A model generated the notes under the pieces. The model was not told the DNA's origin, made no database searches, and saw only the letters and a program-made list of their open reading frames with translations. 64,000 bases of DNA from Dehalococcoidia bacterium (GTDB taxonomy: Bacteria > Chloroflexota > Dehalococcoidia > Lucifugimonadales > UBA3495), in assembly GCA_965197565.1 (NCBI GenBank), contig CBDANK010000002.1:841403-905402 (forward strand). Reading direction: 5' to 3'. Position 1 is the stretch's first letter. Each line of letters begins with the position of its first letter. Position numbers and translations under genes: made by a program. Positions 1 through 9,674 of the stretch are shown piece after piece.

Positions 1-21
1 ACAGGCGAGCTCTCCAAGTTC

Positions 22-426
22 CTACTGGGCCAGCCAGCCGAACCCGTACCGCCCACCGTGCTCCTCGTCGGCGCCCGAGGCCAGAATCAAGCCGTCCTGC
101 AGGTCGACGCCATTGCGCTTGAGCAGGCGCATAGCTATGAGCTGGCAAGTCAACAGCTCCTTGCAGTCCGAGGAGCCTCGGCCGTAGACCCGCTCGTCGG
201 CCACCGTGGCGCTGAAGGGCGGAAAACGCCACTTGCTCTCATCTTCCTCCGGGACCACATCGGTGTGGGACATGAACATCAGGCCGGACTTCCCGGAATG
301 ACCCTCTAGCCTGGCGATGATGTTCCCCCGTTCCGGTGTCACCCCAAGGATTTCGGCCCTAATACCGTCCTGGGCCAGCCAATCTCTTACATATTCACAC
401 ACACGGGTCTCGTTTCCCGTGGGCAT
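22..426 (-). pseudogene. M20 family metallopeptidase (ArgE/DapE/acetylornithine-deacetylase-like), N-terminal fragment
   Basis: The ORF shows the M20 metal-site region (MSHTDVVP, YGRGSSDCK, SGADEEHGG). Only ~135 aa of an expected ~380-400 are present. The frame is open upstream to ~600 (LDQVEASRDDILALEQALVRIATVNTG) but has no ATG. It ends at an in-frame TAG (19-21), and the frame is open again to the window edge. Confidence 0.55.
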
Positions 427-658
427 GAATCCGGTGTTAACTGTTGCAATTCTTACCAGCGCCTGTTCCAGGGCGAGGATGTCGTCACGAGAGGCTTCAA
501 CTTGGTCCAGGAGAATATCAAGCTCCGGCTTAGTTCGCTCCCTTAGATCTTCTCTTTCCGGTTGTCCCGAAAAGCGTGTGCGAGACGTGGTTTCTCCCCC
601 TTACCAAGGGGGTAATATGCCCATAATACTTGGAAGACTAGCCCCTCCTAGTAGAGCC

Positions 659-1294
659 TCACTGTTGTATTGATGGGTATAGGGACTTGAGCTTGATGCG
701 GGCGTCCTCGGTTGTGAAGCGCCAGTCCACCTGAATTACGTCCCGGTTCCGTTGGTCCTGCCATGCGCCTGTTTCCCGTTCCAGGACTTCCTGGCTGGGT
801 ATCCGGCGATCCAAGCACTGCCGCGCCAGCACCCCCAGTTCGATCTCGGCCATATTAAGCCAACTCCCGTGCTTCGGGGTGTAATGTATCTCCAGCCGTT
901 GGGCAATGCGCCGTGCCTCCGCCGGCTCGAAAGCCTGGTATAGGGATGCCGGATGATGGGTGTTCAGGTTGTCCATCACCAAGACTATCCGCTCCTTGTC
1001 GACATAGTCCTCGTCCACCAGTTTCTTGACCACCCGTGCCCAGTCGGCCTTGGTGCGCCGGTCCGTGACCTCCACCCGCCGCCATCCCTCCAGGGGCGCG
1101 AACAGCATGAACAGGTTGCTCACTCCGTTGCGTTGATATTCGTAATCGTATGCCATGGCTGCCCCCGGCCGCGACGGACGGGGTTGGCGGGTCTCCTGCA
1201 CCAGTTGCTTGCTGGTCTCGTCCAGACACACCAGCACCTCCCCCTCTCCGTAGGGACGGTGATAGACCTCCAACACGTCCTCCATGGCGCACAC
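659..1294 (-). CDS. IS630 transposase orfB (DDE catalytic part)
   Basis: VCLDETSKQL, VLVMDNLNTHH and HYTPKHGSWLNMAEIE are present. A -1 slip on A7 joins orfA to ...LKKNELKPWLKECWCLPP... in this frame. Confidence 0.85.
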   Translation of the reverse strand: MCAMEDVLEVYHRPYGEGEVLVCLDETSKQLVQETRQPRPSRPGAAMAYDYEYQRNGVSNLFMLFAPLEGWRRVEVTDRRTKADWARVVKKLVDEDYVDKERIVLVMDNLNTHHPASLYQAFEPAEARRIAQRLEIHYTPKHGSWLNMAEIELGVLARQCLDRRIPSQEVLERETGAWQDQRNRDVIQVDWRFTTEDARIKLKSLYPSIQQ

Positions 1295-1335
1295 AAAGTC
1301 CGCGCTCCCTTGGGGCGGGAGGCACCAGCATTCTT

Positions 1336-1737
1336 TCAGCCAAGGCTTGAGTTCGTTTTTTTCAGAGTCCGGCGCACCGTCTCTGTGCTGATGCTATCCA
1401 CTATCTCCTGCGCCACCAATCCATCGGCCAGCATTTGCAGCGTCCAACTGACCCGTCCCTCCGGCGGTTGAGAGCAGGCCAAGGCTACCAGGTGGGCCTC
1501 ACCCTGACCATCCAGCTTTTTCTTGCGGCGCTTTAGCTGCTGTTTGCGTCCCAGGGCTGCCTCCAGGCCCTCCTCCACGCACCGGCGGCGCACCCGTTCC
1601 ACCGTGGCGCTGCCCACCTTCAGGACCCAGGCTATATCCTCGTCCCTCATTGCGCCATCAACCTGGTTCTCATCGCTAAGCAGCAGAATGCGGGCGTGAG
1701 TCTGCTTGTAAGCCGCCGCCCAACCCTTGGACACCAA
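1336..1737 (-). CDS. IS630 transposase orfA (HTH part), N-terminus out of frame
   Basis: ARILLLSDENQ and ATVERVRRRCVEEGLEAAL resemble orfA at 8578-9033. The expected N-terminus MMKKYRVGLTEEEQEE starts at ~1792 but is put out of frame by a 14-bp tandem duplication (1747-1774). Confidence 0.8.
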   Translation of the reverse strand: MVSKGWAAAYKQTHARILLLSDENQVDGAMRDEDIAWVLKVGSATVERVRRRCVEEGLEAALGRKQQLKRRKKKLDGQGEAHLVALACSQPPEGRVSWTLQMLADGLVAQEIVDSISTETVRRTLKKTNSSLG

Positions 1738-1936
1738 TCCCTTCAGTTCCTCCTGTTCCTCTCCTCCTGTTCCTCCTCCGTAAGTCCCACTCGGTATTTC
1801 TTCATCATCACATCCATCCCCGCTTCCCGATTTTCTTTTTTGACTGCTAACCCATCATATCTCACCAGCCATCATTTCAATGATGGTCAGCTACTAGCCT
1901 CCCCTTCGTAAGGGGGCGGAACTTCCCCCACAATAT

Positions 1937-3386
1937 CTAAGCACCTTCGGGTGGAAATTCCTGTTCCGCCTCGCCGATTGCCCTATCCAGGATGTCGATG
2001 ACCTCGTCAATAAGCGCCCGGTCTATGGTCAACGGGGGTGACAGGATGATTGACTCACTGGCTCGGGTGGCCAGACCATAGCCACGTATCTTTTCGGTCA
2101 GGAACTTTGCGAATTCCCCCTGCGGTCCACCGGGATAGGGATCTTTGGTCTTCCGGTCCTTCACCAGTTCAATGGACATGAGCAGGCCCAGCCCTCCCCC
2201 AACATGCCCAACCGAGGGGTGGTTTTCCTGAAGCACGGCCATGGCTCGCTCGTAGAGGTAACTGCCCATCAGGTCCGCGTTATCCACCAGGTTCTCGCGC
2301 TCGATGATCTCCAGGTTTTTTACTGCCGCCGCCATGACCGCCGGATGTCCACCATAGGTGACGCCGTGCTGGAACACCCCGTTGGGGCCTTCGGTGTTGT
2401 CGAAGGTCTCCGCAATCTTCTGGCTGGCCACCACTCCGCCGATTGGTAGCTCGCCCCCGGTGAGGGCTTTTGCGACGGTCATGATGTCCGGGTTAACGCC
2501 GAACCGTTGCATGCCGAACCAGGTCCCCAACCGGCCGAACCCGCAAATGATCTCGTCGGCGATCAGCGTCACATCGTACTTGTCGCATATCTCGCGGACC
2601 GCCGGCCAGTACTCGTCGGCCGGGATTTGGGTGCCGTTGGGTATTGGCGTAGCGATGAAGGCCGCGACAGTATCCGCCCCTTCGCCTTTGATGATGTTTT
2701 CCAACGCCCGGGGGCTTTGCATGCAGCAATTTCCCCTGTCGCGGTCCTCGAAGCCCCAGGGGCAACGGTAGCAGTAGGGCGGGTCAACCTGGGTGGCGCC
2801 CCCGGGCAGCGTGGAATCGAAAATGCCGGACCCTCGGCGCCCGCCGGTGCCTATGTTCATGGTCCCCGGGGTGGAGCCGTGATACTGCCCACGACGAGAG
2901 ATGAACTTTGTTTTTTGCGGATGGCCCGAGATGAACTGGTACTGTCGGGCTAGCTTCAAAGCAATCTCCACCGCCTCCGAGCCGCCACCGCAGAAAAAAG
3001 TCCGGTTCAGGTCGCCTGGGGCCAGCTCGGCCAGTTTCTTGGACAGCAGTATCCCCGGCACGCTGCTGTAGGCGCCGGAGTTGGTATAGGCCAAGGCCGC
3101 CATCTGCTCCGCGACGGCGCTGGCTACTTCGGGATGGTGATGGCCGATGTTCTTGAGAAAGAGGCCCGCCATGGCGTCGATGTACTTATTACCTTCGATG
3201 TCATAGAGGTAACAGCCCTCGCCTTTCACCATGATGTTGTAACCCCCCCGGCGCCACCAGGTCGGCCATCTGGTGGTTTTGGGTCCAGAAGTGGTCCAGG
3301 CCCCACTGCACCAACTGGTCAATCTCCTCCCGGGGGTAGCTGTCTTTGATCCACCAGGCGCTCATATCAGGGTTCGGGGTTACCAT
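1937..3386 (-). CDS. class-III PLP aminotransferase (omega-transaminase-like), frameshifted in a G7 run
   Basis: GEGCYLYDIEGNKYIDAMAGLF, FFCGGGSEAVE, LIADEIICGFGRLG and DIMTVAKALTGG (PLP Lys) are present. The first ~48 codons (MVTPNPDMSAWWIKD..., from ATG 3386 with RBS AAAGGAGAGG) are in another frame. The switch lies in C7 at 3243-3249 (+ strand), and one G fewer restores ...LVAPGGYNIMVKGEG.... Confidence 0.85.
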
Positions 3387-3404
3387 ATCCTCTCCTTTCC
3401 CAGG

Positions 3405-4622
3405 CTAGTGGTGTGTCACTCCTGAACTGAGGGGTATAGGTGCTTCAACTTGATACGAGCATCGGCGGTGGTAAAACGCCAGTCCACCGGGTTTCCCTGG
3501 GCATTGCGCGCCTCCTCCCAGGCAACCACTTCCCAGACCAGGGTTTCTTCGTCCGGGATGCGCCGGTCCAAGCACTGGCGGGCCAGCAGGCTCAACTCAA
3601 TCTCCGCCATGTTCAACCAACTGCCATGCTTGGGGGTATAGTGAATTTCCAGTCTCTGGGCCAGCCGCCAAGCCTCTTCAGGAGAGAACACTTCCTAAAG
3701 GGAGGCGGGAGTATGGGTATTGAGGTTGTCCAAAACCAATACCACCCGCTCCGCTTGCGGATAATGTTCCTCCAACAGCTCTCTAATGCACCAGGCCCAG
3801 TCAGCCTTGGTGCGCCGCTCCCGCACCATCACCCGCCGCCGCCCGGCCAGGGGTTCATAGCACATGAACAGGTTGGCTACTCCGGCGCGCCCATATTCAT
3901 AGTCCTGACGGGCCGGCCGCCCCGGTTGGGGTGGCTGGGGAGGTCGGCCATGGGTCAACAACTGGGTGCTGGCCTCATCCAGGCATACCTGGGGGAATCT
4001 GGGGTCATAGGGACGGGTGTAGACCGCCAGCACGTCCTCCATCCGCCAGACAAACTCCCCGTTGGCTTTGGGAGGAATAACCCACTGCTTCCTCAGCCAG
4101 GGCTTGAGACGGTTTTTTTGAGCACCCGGCGCACCGTCTCATACGATAGGGAGTCCAGGTGTTCCAGTTCCACCATTCGATCAGCCAGCAACCGCAGGGT
4201 CCAGCGGCCCTGGCCTTCCGGTGGCGTGCCACAGGCTACCGCCACCAAGTGGGCTTCCTGGCGTCCATCCAGCTTCCTCTGGTACAGGCGATCAGGTGGA
4301 AGCCGGTATAAGGCTGCTTCCAGGCCAGCGCTGGCGAACCGCTGGCGGACCCGGCCAACGGTGGGGCAGCTAACCTCCACCGCTGCCGCAATGTCTTTAT
4401 CTTTCCATCCGTGGCCTTGGTCCCCTTGGTCAGCCTTGAGCAGGATTCGGGCCTGGGCCAATGCCCTGGCTGGCCCAATACCCGCAGAAATCAAGTCTTG
4501 GAGTTGCCCCCGTTGCCCCTGAGTAAGAGCTACTGAGTAAGAGCTACAATGTATCCCTTCTTCATGCAACCAGGTTACACTCTGCCAGCTCATATATCAA
4601 ACCACTAGTGACTCACCACTAG
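3405..4622 (-). mobile_element. IS630-family insertion sequence, copy 2 (divergent subfamily, ~1.22 kb)
   Basis: TIRs are CTAGTGGTGTGTCAC (3405-) and GTGACTCACCACTAG (-4622), both ending on TA. The element sits 19 bp upstream of the aminotransferase ATG. Confidence 0.85.
3416..4593 (-). pseudogene. IS630 transposase, copy 2 (A7 frameshift site plus internal TAG)
   Basis: The pieces are 4093-4593 (HTH), 3695-4042 and 3416-3691 (DDE; HYTPKHGSWLNMAEIE). The A7 slippery run is T7 at 4113-4119. An in-frame TAG at 3692-3694 sits where paralogs have Tyr (PASL*EVF versus PASLYQAF / AASLYEAF). Confidence 0.8.
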
Positions 4623-4879
4623 GTTGATTGGTCGCAACCGTAAGGCGGCATGATTCCCCTTGCGAGGTCGTCGGAACCGCCGGCTCATTATAGGTCATGT
4701 CCCGGGGCCACAGTGTGAAAACGCGGCCAAAGAGTAATCACCAACAGTATATCAGCAGTGGACAAGGCGTCCGTCCCGAACCTTTGCTCACAATGGTCAG
4801 CGACCGATTCCAGCGACGAATAAACCCCCTGATGGATCAGATCGAAGAGGCGGCCGACCAGCGGGAATGGGAGCGAGTG

Positions 4880-6274
4880 CTAGCAGGCTGCTGAAAAACC
4901 CTGGCACGGACCTGACAGACGTCATGGGGAGAAGATAGCTGGGGTACAATATAGGAAACAGGTGGGGAGGTGGCTGCGGTGCGCGGACGACATGATCCAC
5001 AGGTAAGCATGTTGGCCTTCATTGACCTGGAGACGCGAGTACCAGACGATCATCCCTTGCGGCTGATCAAGGCAGTGACCGATAAGGCCTTAGTGGCGCT
5101 GTCGTCGGACTTGGACCGGATGTACGCTGAGGTAGGCCGGCCTTCGATTCCGCCCGAGAGACTACTGAAGTCTTCCCTGCTGATCTCCCTGTACTCGGTG
5201 CGCAGCGAACGGGCCTTCTGCGAGCAACTGGATTACAACCTCCTCTTCCGCTGGTTTCTGGGTATGAACCTGGTTGAGCCCAGCTCTGATGCCACCACCT
5301 TCACCAAGAACCGGGAGCGGCTCCTGAAGCATCGGGTGGGCCAGGCTTTGTTCGACGAAGTGGTGCTGGATGCGGACCGGCGGGGCCTGCTGTCGGACGA
5401 ACACTTCACCGTGGACGGAACATTGATTGAAGCGGCCGCCAGCCTGAAGAGCTTTAAACCCAGGGACGGCGATCCGCCCAAGACGACAGACGATGACCCG
5501 GGCAATCCCTCAGTGGACTTCCAGTGGACTTCCATGGAGAACGACGTAGCAATACCACCCACCAGAGCACCACGGACCCGGAGGCCCGGCTGCTGCGCAA
5601 GGGGAAAGGCAAAGAAGCCAAGTTGGTCTTCATGGCCCATGCCCTGATGGAAAACCGCCACGGTCTGCTGGTGGACTTCCAGACTACCCAGGCAACGGGC
5701 ACGGCGGAGCGGGATACGGTGCCGGTGCTGGTGGACCAAGCCAAGGAGCGAGGCTTTCATCCCAGAACGATGGCCGGGGACAAGGGCTATGATACCGGGA
5801 CTGCGTGGCAGACCTGCGGCGGCGCGGGGTGACGCCTCACGTAGCTCAGAACACCAATGGCCGGTCCAGCGCCATTGACGGCCGGACCACTCGCCACTCA
5901 GGGTACGCTATCAGTCAGCGGATTCGGAAACGGGTTGAGGAGATCTTCGGGCGGATGAAGACGGTGGGCGGGTTCCGAAGGACACGGTATAAGGGGCTGG
6001 ACCGAACCGGTCTAGCTGGGTACCTGGTAGCTACGGCCTACAATCTGGTCCGCATGGCCAAGCTCCCGGGGCTGGCAAAGGAAGCGCCAGAAACCAAGGT
6101 GGCATGACCTGACATTGGGCTACCCATGCCCAGCATCCCCGGAGGACCCGACAGAGGTAGCAGCAGACGCCAAAAACCCCGTTCCAACGCCCCATTTTCC
6201 TCCACGAGGACCAAGGGTCAGCGACTTGATGCTCTGAACTCGGTCTCGGACCCTATTCTTCAGCAACCTGCTAG
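4880..6274 (+). mobile_element. IS5-family insertion sequence (~1.39 kb) with CTAG target duplication
   Basis: Terminal inverted repeats CAGGCTGCTGAA (4884-4895) and TTCAGCAACCTG (6259-6270) are each flanked by CTAG (4880-4883 and 6271-6274). Confidence 0.8.
4970..6107 (+). pseudogene. IS5-family (DUF772 + DDE_Tnp_1) transposase, two frameshifts
   Basis: The N-terminus matches the InsH-like domain (RPSIPPERLLKSSLLISLYSVRSERAFCEQLDYNLLFRWFLG) and the C-terminus has ...GDKGYDT / RKRVEEIFGRMK. Shift 1 is an 11-bp tandem duplication at 5513-5534. Shift 2 is a 1-bp loss near 5795-5800 (DT-RDCVADLRRRGVTPHV). Confidence 0.85.
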
Positions 6275-6350
6275 AGAACTAAACCAGTCTTGACCACTTT
6301 CTCCATTATCCCTTCTCAATGAATGGAGTAAACTCCATATATAATGGAAA

Positions 6351-6551
6351 TTATTTCGGCCTCCGCGGCGATTTGGCTCGCCAATCCGTTACCACCATCG
6401 CGCCGTACAGCAGGCTCAGGAGGGGCACCACGACCACAATCCCTAGCCACTCCCAGGGTGAGAGCGCCATACCCATCAGCTTGCCGACCCCTGCGCCCAC
6501 CCCGATGGCGACCATCTGGGCCAGTCCGGCCTCAATGACGGCAGTTTTCAT
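6351..6551 (-). CDS. small membrane protein (66 aa), unknown function
   Basis: The ATG at 6551 is preceded by a strong RBS, AAGGAGG. The product MKTAVIEAGLAQMVAIGVGAGVG...LGIVVVVPLLSLLYGAMVV has two hydrophobic segments. Confidence 0.5.
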   Translation of the reverse strand: MKTAVIEAGLAQMVAIGVGAGVGKLMGMALSPWEWLGIVVVVPLLSLLYGAMVVTDWRAKSPRRPK

Positions 6552-6584
6552 CGCGCCTCCTTGACAAAGCACATTGCTCACATA

Positions 6585-6620
6585 CTACACTCCGTATGAC
6601 AATCCACATACGGAGTGTAG
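6585..6620. repeat. perfect 14-bp inverted repeat (hairpin or operator candidate)
   Basis: CTACACTCCGTATG (6585-6598) and CATACGGAGTGTAG (6607-6620) are separated by an 8-nt spacer. The repeat lies between two divergent small ORFs, and no U-tract follows it. Confidence 0.6.
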
Positions 6621-6626
6621 GCAAAC

Positions 6627-6782
6627 GTGGTGACACCCGAAAGGCTCCCCCGGTACGAGTGCCGATGCGGGCACCGATGGATCCCACGGCAGGAGGGACG
6701 CCCCCGGACTTGCCCGAAGTGCAAATCCCCCCGGTGGGACTTGCCCCGGGTCCGGCCGCCTCACCCCCGGAGGACAGGATGA
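6627..6782 (+). CDS. small zinc-ribbon protein (51 aa, GTG start), not in the ORF track
   Basis: The translation is VVTPERLPRYECRCGHRWIPRQEGRPRTCPKCKSPRWDLPRVRPPHPRRTG. The CxC...CxxC spacing is typical of small YxCxxCGHxW...CPxCKSxxW ribbon proteins. The frame opens after TAG 6618-6620 and ends at TGA 6780-6782. Confidence 0.45.
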   Translation: MVTPERLPRYECRCGHRWIPRQEGRPRTCPKCKSPRWDLPRVRPPHPRRTG

Positions 6783-7351
6783 TCGTGCTTAATTAGCAGA
6801 GGGACCGCCCACCCGGGCGGGTAATGCGGGGGAGGCCGTCCCAAGTCCGGCTTCAACTCCGAAGGGGCAGTGACGATAAGAGCCTTCATCTGGTTGATGG
6901 CCTGGGTGCGGGCCTTGATGGCCGAGTCCTTGACGATCTTCAGCATCCGGATCATCTCCACCTTGTCGAGACCCGACTTGGGCTGGTCCCTGGCTACTCC
7001 AGCAAGGACAGAGCGTGCCGCCATATCGGCATCTACGGGGTCGCTCTTTCCCACCCTGCGGCGTGTAGACCTGTCTGGCCGGTTGACCTCGATGACAGTC
7101 TGGCCAAGTCCGGCCAGGTACCATGTCAGTCCGGCTCCGTAAGAGCCAGTACCTTCGATTCCGAAGGCAACGACCTCGCCCAGCCCGGACGCCCAGCAAT
7201 GGAGACTCTCGTAACCCCTAGGTGCAGTGGGCAGCCGGCGCTGACCCAGCCGGGCGCCAAGGCAATCAATTGCCACGGCTACATGTTCGTCTCTGTGTGT
7301 GTCGACTCCGACAATTACCCTGGTAACGCCTATGGGGTTGGTACTTGTCAC
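6761..7351 (-). pseudogene. IS110-family transposase, N-terminal domain only (different clade from 10729 and 14696)
   Basis: DEDD_Tnp_IS110 motifs are present (VGVDTHRDEHVAVAID, GIEGTGSYGAGL, DPVDADMAAR). Homology ends around aa 170 (~6835) and the Transposase_20 C-domain is absent. Confidence 0.8.
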
Positions 7352-7588
7352 AGCTGTCTCCTTATGCTCGACGGAATTAGCTCCAGCCGGCCGGGAGAGC
7401 GGACAGGACTGCGAGAGGGTCTATGGCCAAGCTCCTATCAGGTTACTGCTCATCCGATCGGTGGGCTTAGTGGGCCGCCTCGAGAACAAGTCGACAGATC
7501 ACAAGGAAGGCATTGCGCCGGTCCCATTATGGGTCAGGCCCGAGCCGAGGAGGCCCGGGTGGGATTATCGCAGTCCCATTATCGCTGA

Positions 7589-7750
7589 CAATCTACAGAT
7601 GACTACTCACGGGAGTGTCCAGCCATCGAGGTAGATATCTCTCTGGGGGGCGCCAGGGTGGTGGGAGTCCTGGAGAGACTAGAAGATACACGGGGACTAC
7701 CTGAGGTGATCACTGTAGACAACGGGCCGGAGTTCGCAGGCAAGGTGATG
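7589..7750 (+). pseudogene. IS3-family OrfB (rve) internal fragment
   Basis: The fragment reads DDYSRECPAIEVDISLGGARVVGVLERLEDTRGLPEVITVDNGPEFAGKVMD. It has no start and no end. Confidence 0.6.
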
Positions 7751-7879
7751 GACGACTACTCCCGCTTCATCCTGGCCCACAGGCTTCAGAGGGACATGAC
7801 CTCCGACTCCTTCATAGAGGTGGTGCAGGAGGCCGTGGACAGGACCGGCATGGATCAGGTCCCGATAACGGACAGGACT
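7751..7879 (+). pseudogene. rve-type (IS481-like) transposase, middle part, cut by IS630 copy 3
   Basis: DDYSRFILAHRLQRDMTSDSFIEVVQEAVDRTGMDQVPITDRT ends at the TA where IS630 copy 3 begins. Confidence 0.65.
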
Positions 7880-7885
7880 AGTAGC

Positions 7886-8812
<927 letters not shown>

Positions 8813-9106
8813 CGCCGGCGCACCCGCTCCACCGTGGCCCTCCCCACATTCAGGGACCGGGCTATCTCCTCGTCCTTCATCGGGCCTTCAGTCTGGTTCT
8901 CATCGCTTAACAGCAGAATTCGGGCATGGGTCTGCCGGTAAGCTGCCGCCCGCCCCTTGGATACCAGCGCCTTCAGTTCCTGCCGCTCCTCCTCCCCCAG
9001 CCCTACCCGGTATTTCTTCACCATCACTCCCACCTCACTTCCTCCAGTTTACCCTCGACTGACCATTATACCCTATCGCCCATCAATGCAAGTGGGTTAG
9101 TCCACT

Positions 9107-9500
9107 AGGTTGTTGAGCGACAACGGCACGGGCTATGTATCAAGAGCCTTCAGGGACTACCTGGGGATGGTGGGCATTAGGCACATCCTGGCAGCCCCTT
9201 TCCATCCTCAGACCAACGGCAAGCTGGAGCGATACCACCAGACCCTCAAGCGGGACGTAAATCAACTACCCTACGAGATGCCGTCAAACCTGGAGGCGGC
9301 CATCGTGGCCTTCGTCAAGCTACTACAAATACCGCCGCTATCACAAGGCCCTGGGAAACGTGATGCCCTCCGATGTGATCAAGGGAAGGCGGCAGGAGAT
9401 CTTACGACGCAGAAGGGAGGTGCAGGCCCAAACAATCCAACGACGAAGACAGCACAACAGGGCACTCAGGGAGCTTGCGAGACCTCAATCAACCCTCTGA
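9107..9500 (+). pseudogene. rve-type (IS481-like) transposase, 3' part (continuation of 7751-7879)
   Basis: LLSDNGTGYVSRAFRDYLGMVGIRHILAAPFHPQTNGKLERYHQTLK is present. A further frameshift lies near 9316, after which ...YYKYRRYHKALGNVMPSDV... runs in another frame to TGA 9498-9500. Confidence 0.75.
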
Positions 9501-9674
9501 TATCTCGGGTCTCAAAATGTCCCAATTTTGCTGGTTGGCAACAGTTAGTTTCATCTGGGGAGTTCGCCGTATTGGCCACAATAGCGGATTGACCCGCAAA
9601 CAGGAGATGGGGCAAGGTAGAGGTATGTCAATTCTAGTAAGGATAGGCTAGGAAATAGGGGGTTCAAGGATCGG

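Larger units (their letters stand above)
648..1897 (-). mobile_element. IS630-family insertion sequence, copy 1 (~1.25 kb)
   Basis: Imperfect terminal inverted repeats CTAGTAGAGCC... (648) and ...CAGCTACTAG (1897) each end on a TA. The element encloses an HTH orfA and a DDE orfB that overlap at an A7 run (T7 on the + strand, 1356-1362). It is paralogous to 3405-4622 and 7878-9108. Confidence 0.85.

Noticed and set aside
3692-3694. In-frame TAG codons occur here and at 19-21 and 14671-14673, which could hint at stop-codon recoding or pyrrolysine.
   Set aside because: All three lie in mobile-element or already truncated genes. The one here replaces a conserved Tyr by a single-base change (TAY to TAG). 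Ordinary genes in the window end at TAG normally (for example the MBL hydrolase).
648-4622. IS630 copy 1 and copy 2 flank the aminotransferase gene in the same orientation, so the region looks like a composite transposon.
   Set aside because: The two copies belong to clearly different IS630 subfamilies with different TIRs (CTAGTAGAGCC versus CTAGTGGTGTGTCAC) and only moderate protein similarity. Both are defective, and no common outer target duplication is visible. The arrangement is more likely two independent insertions.
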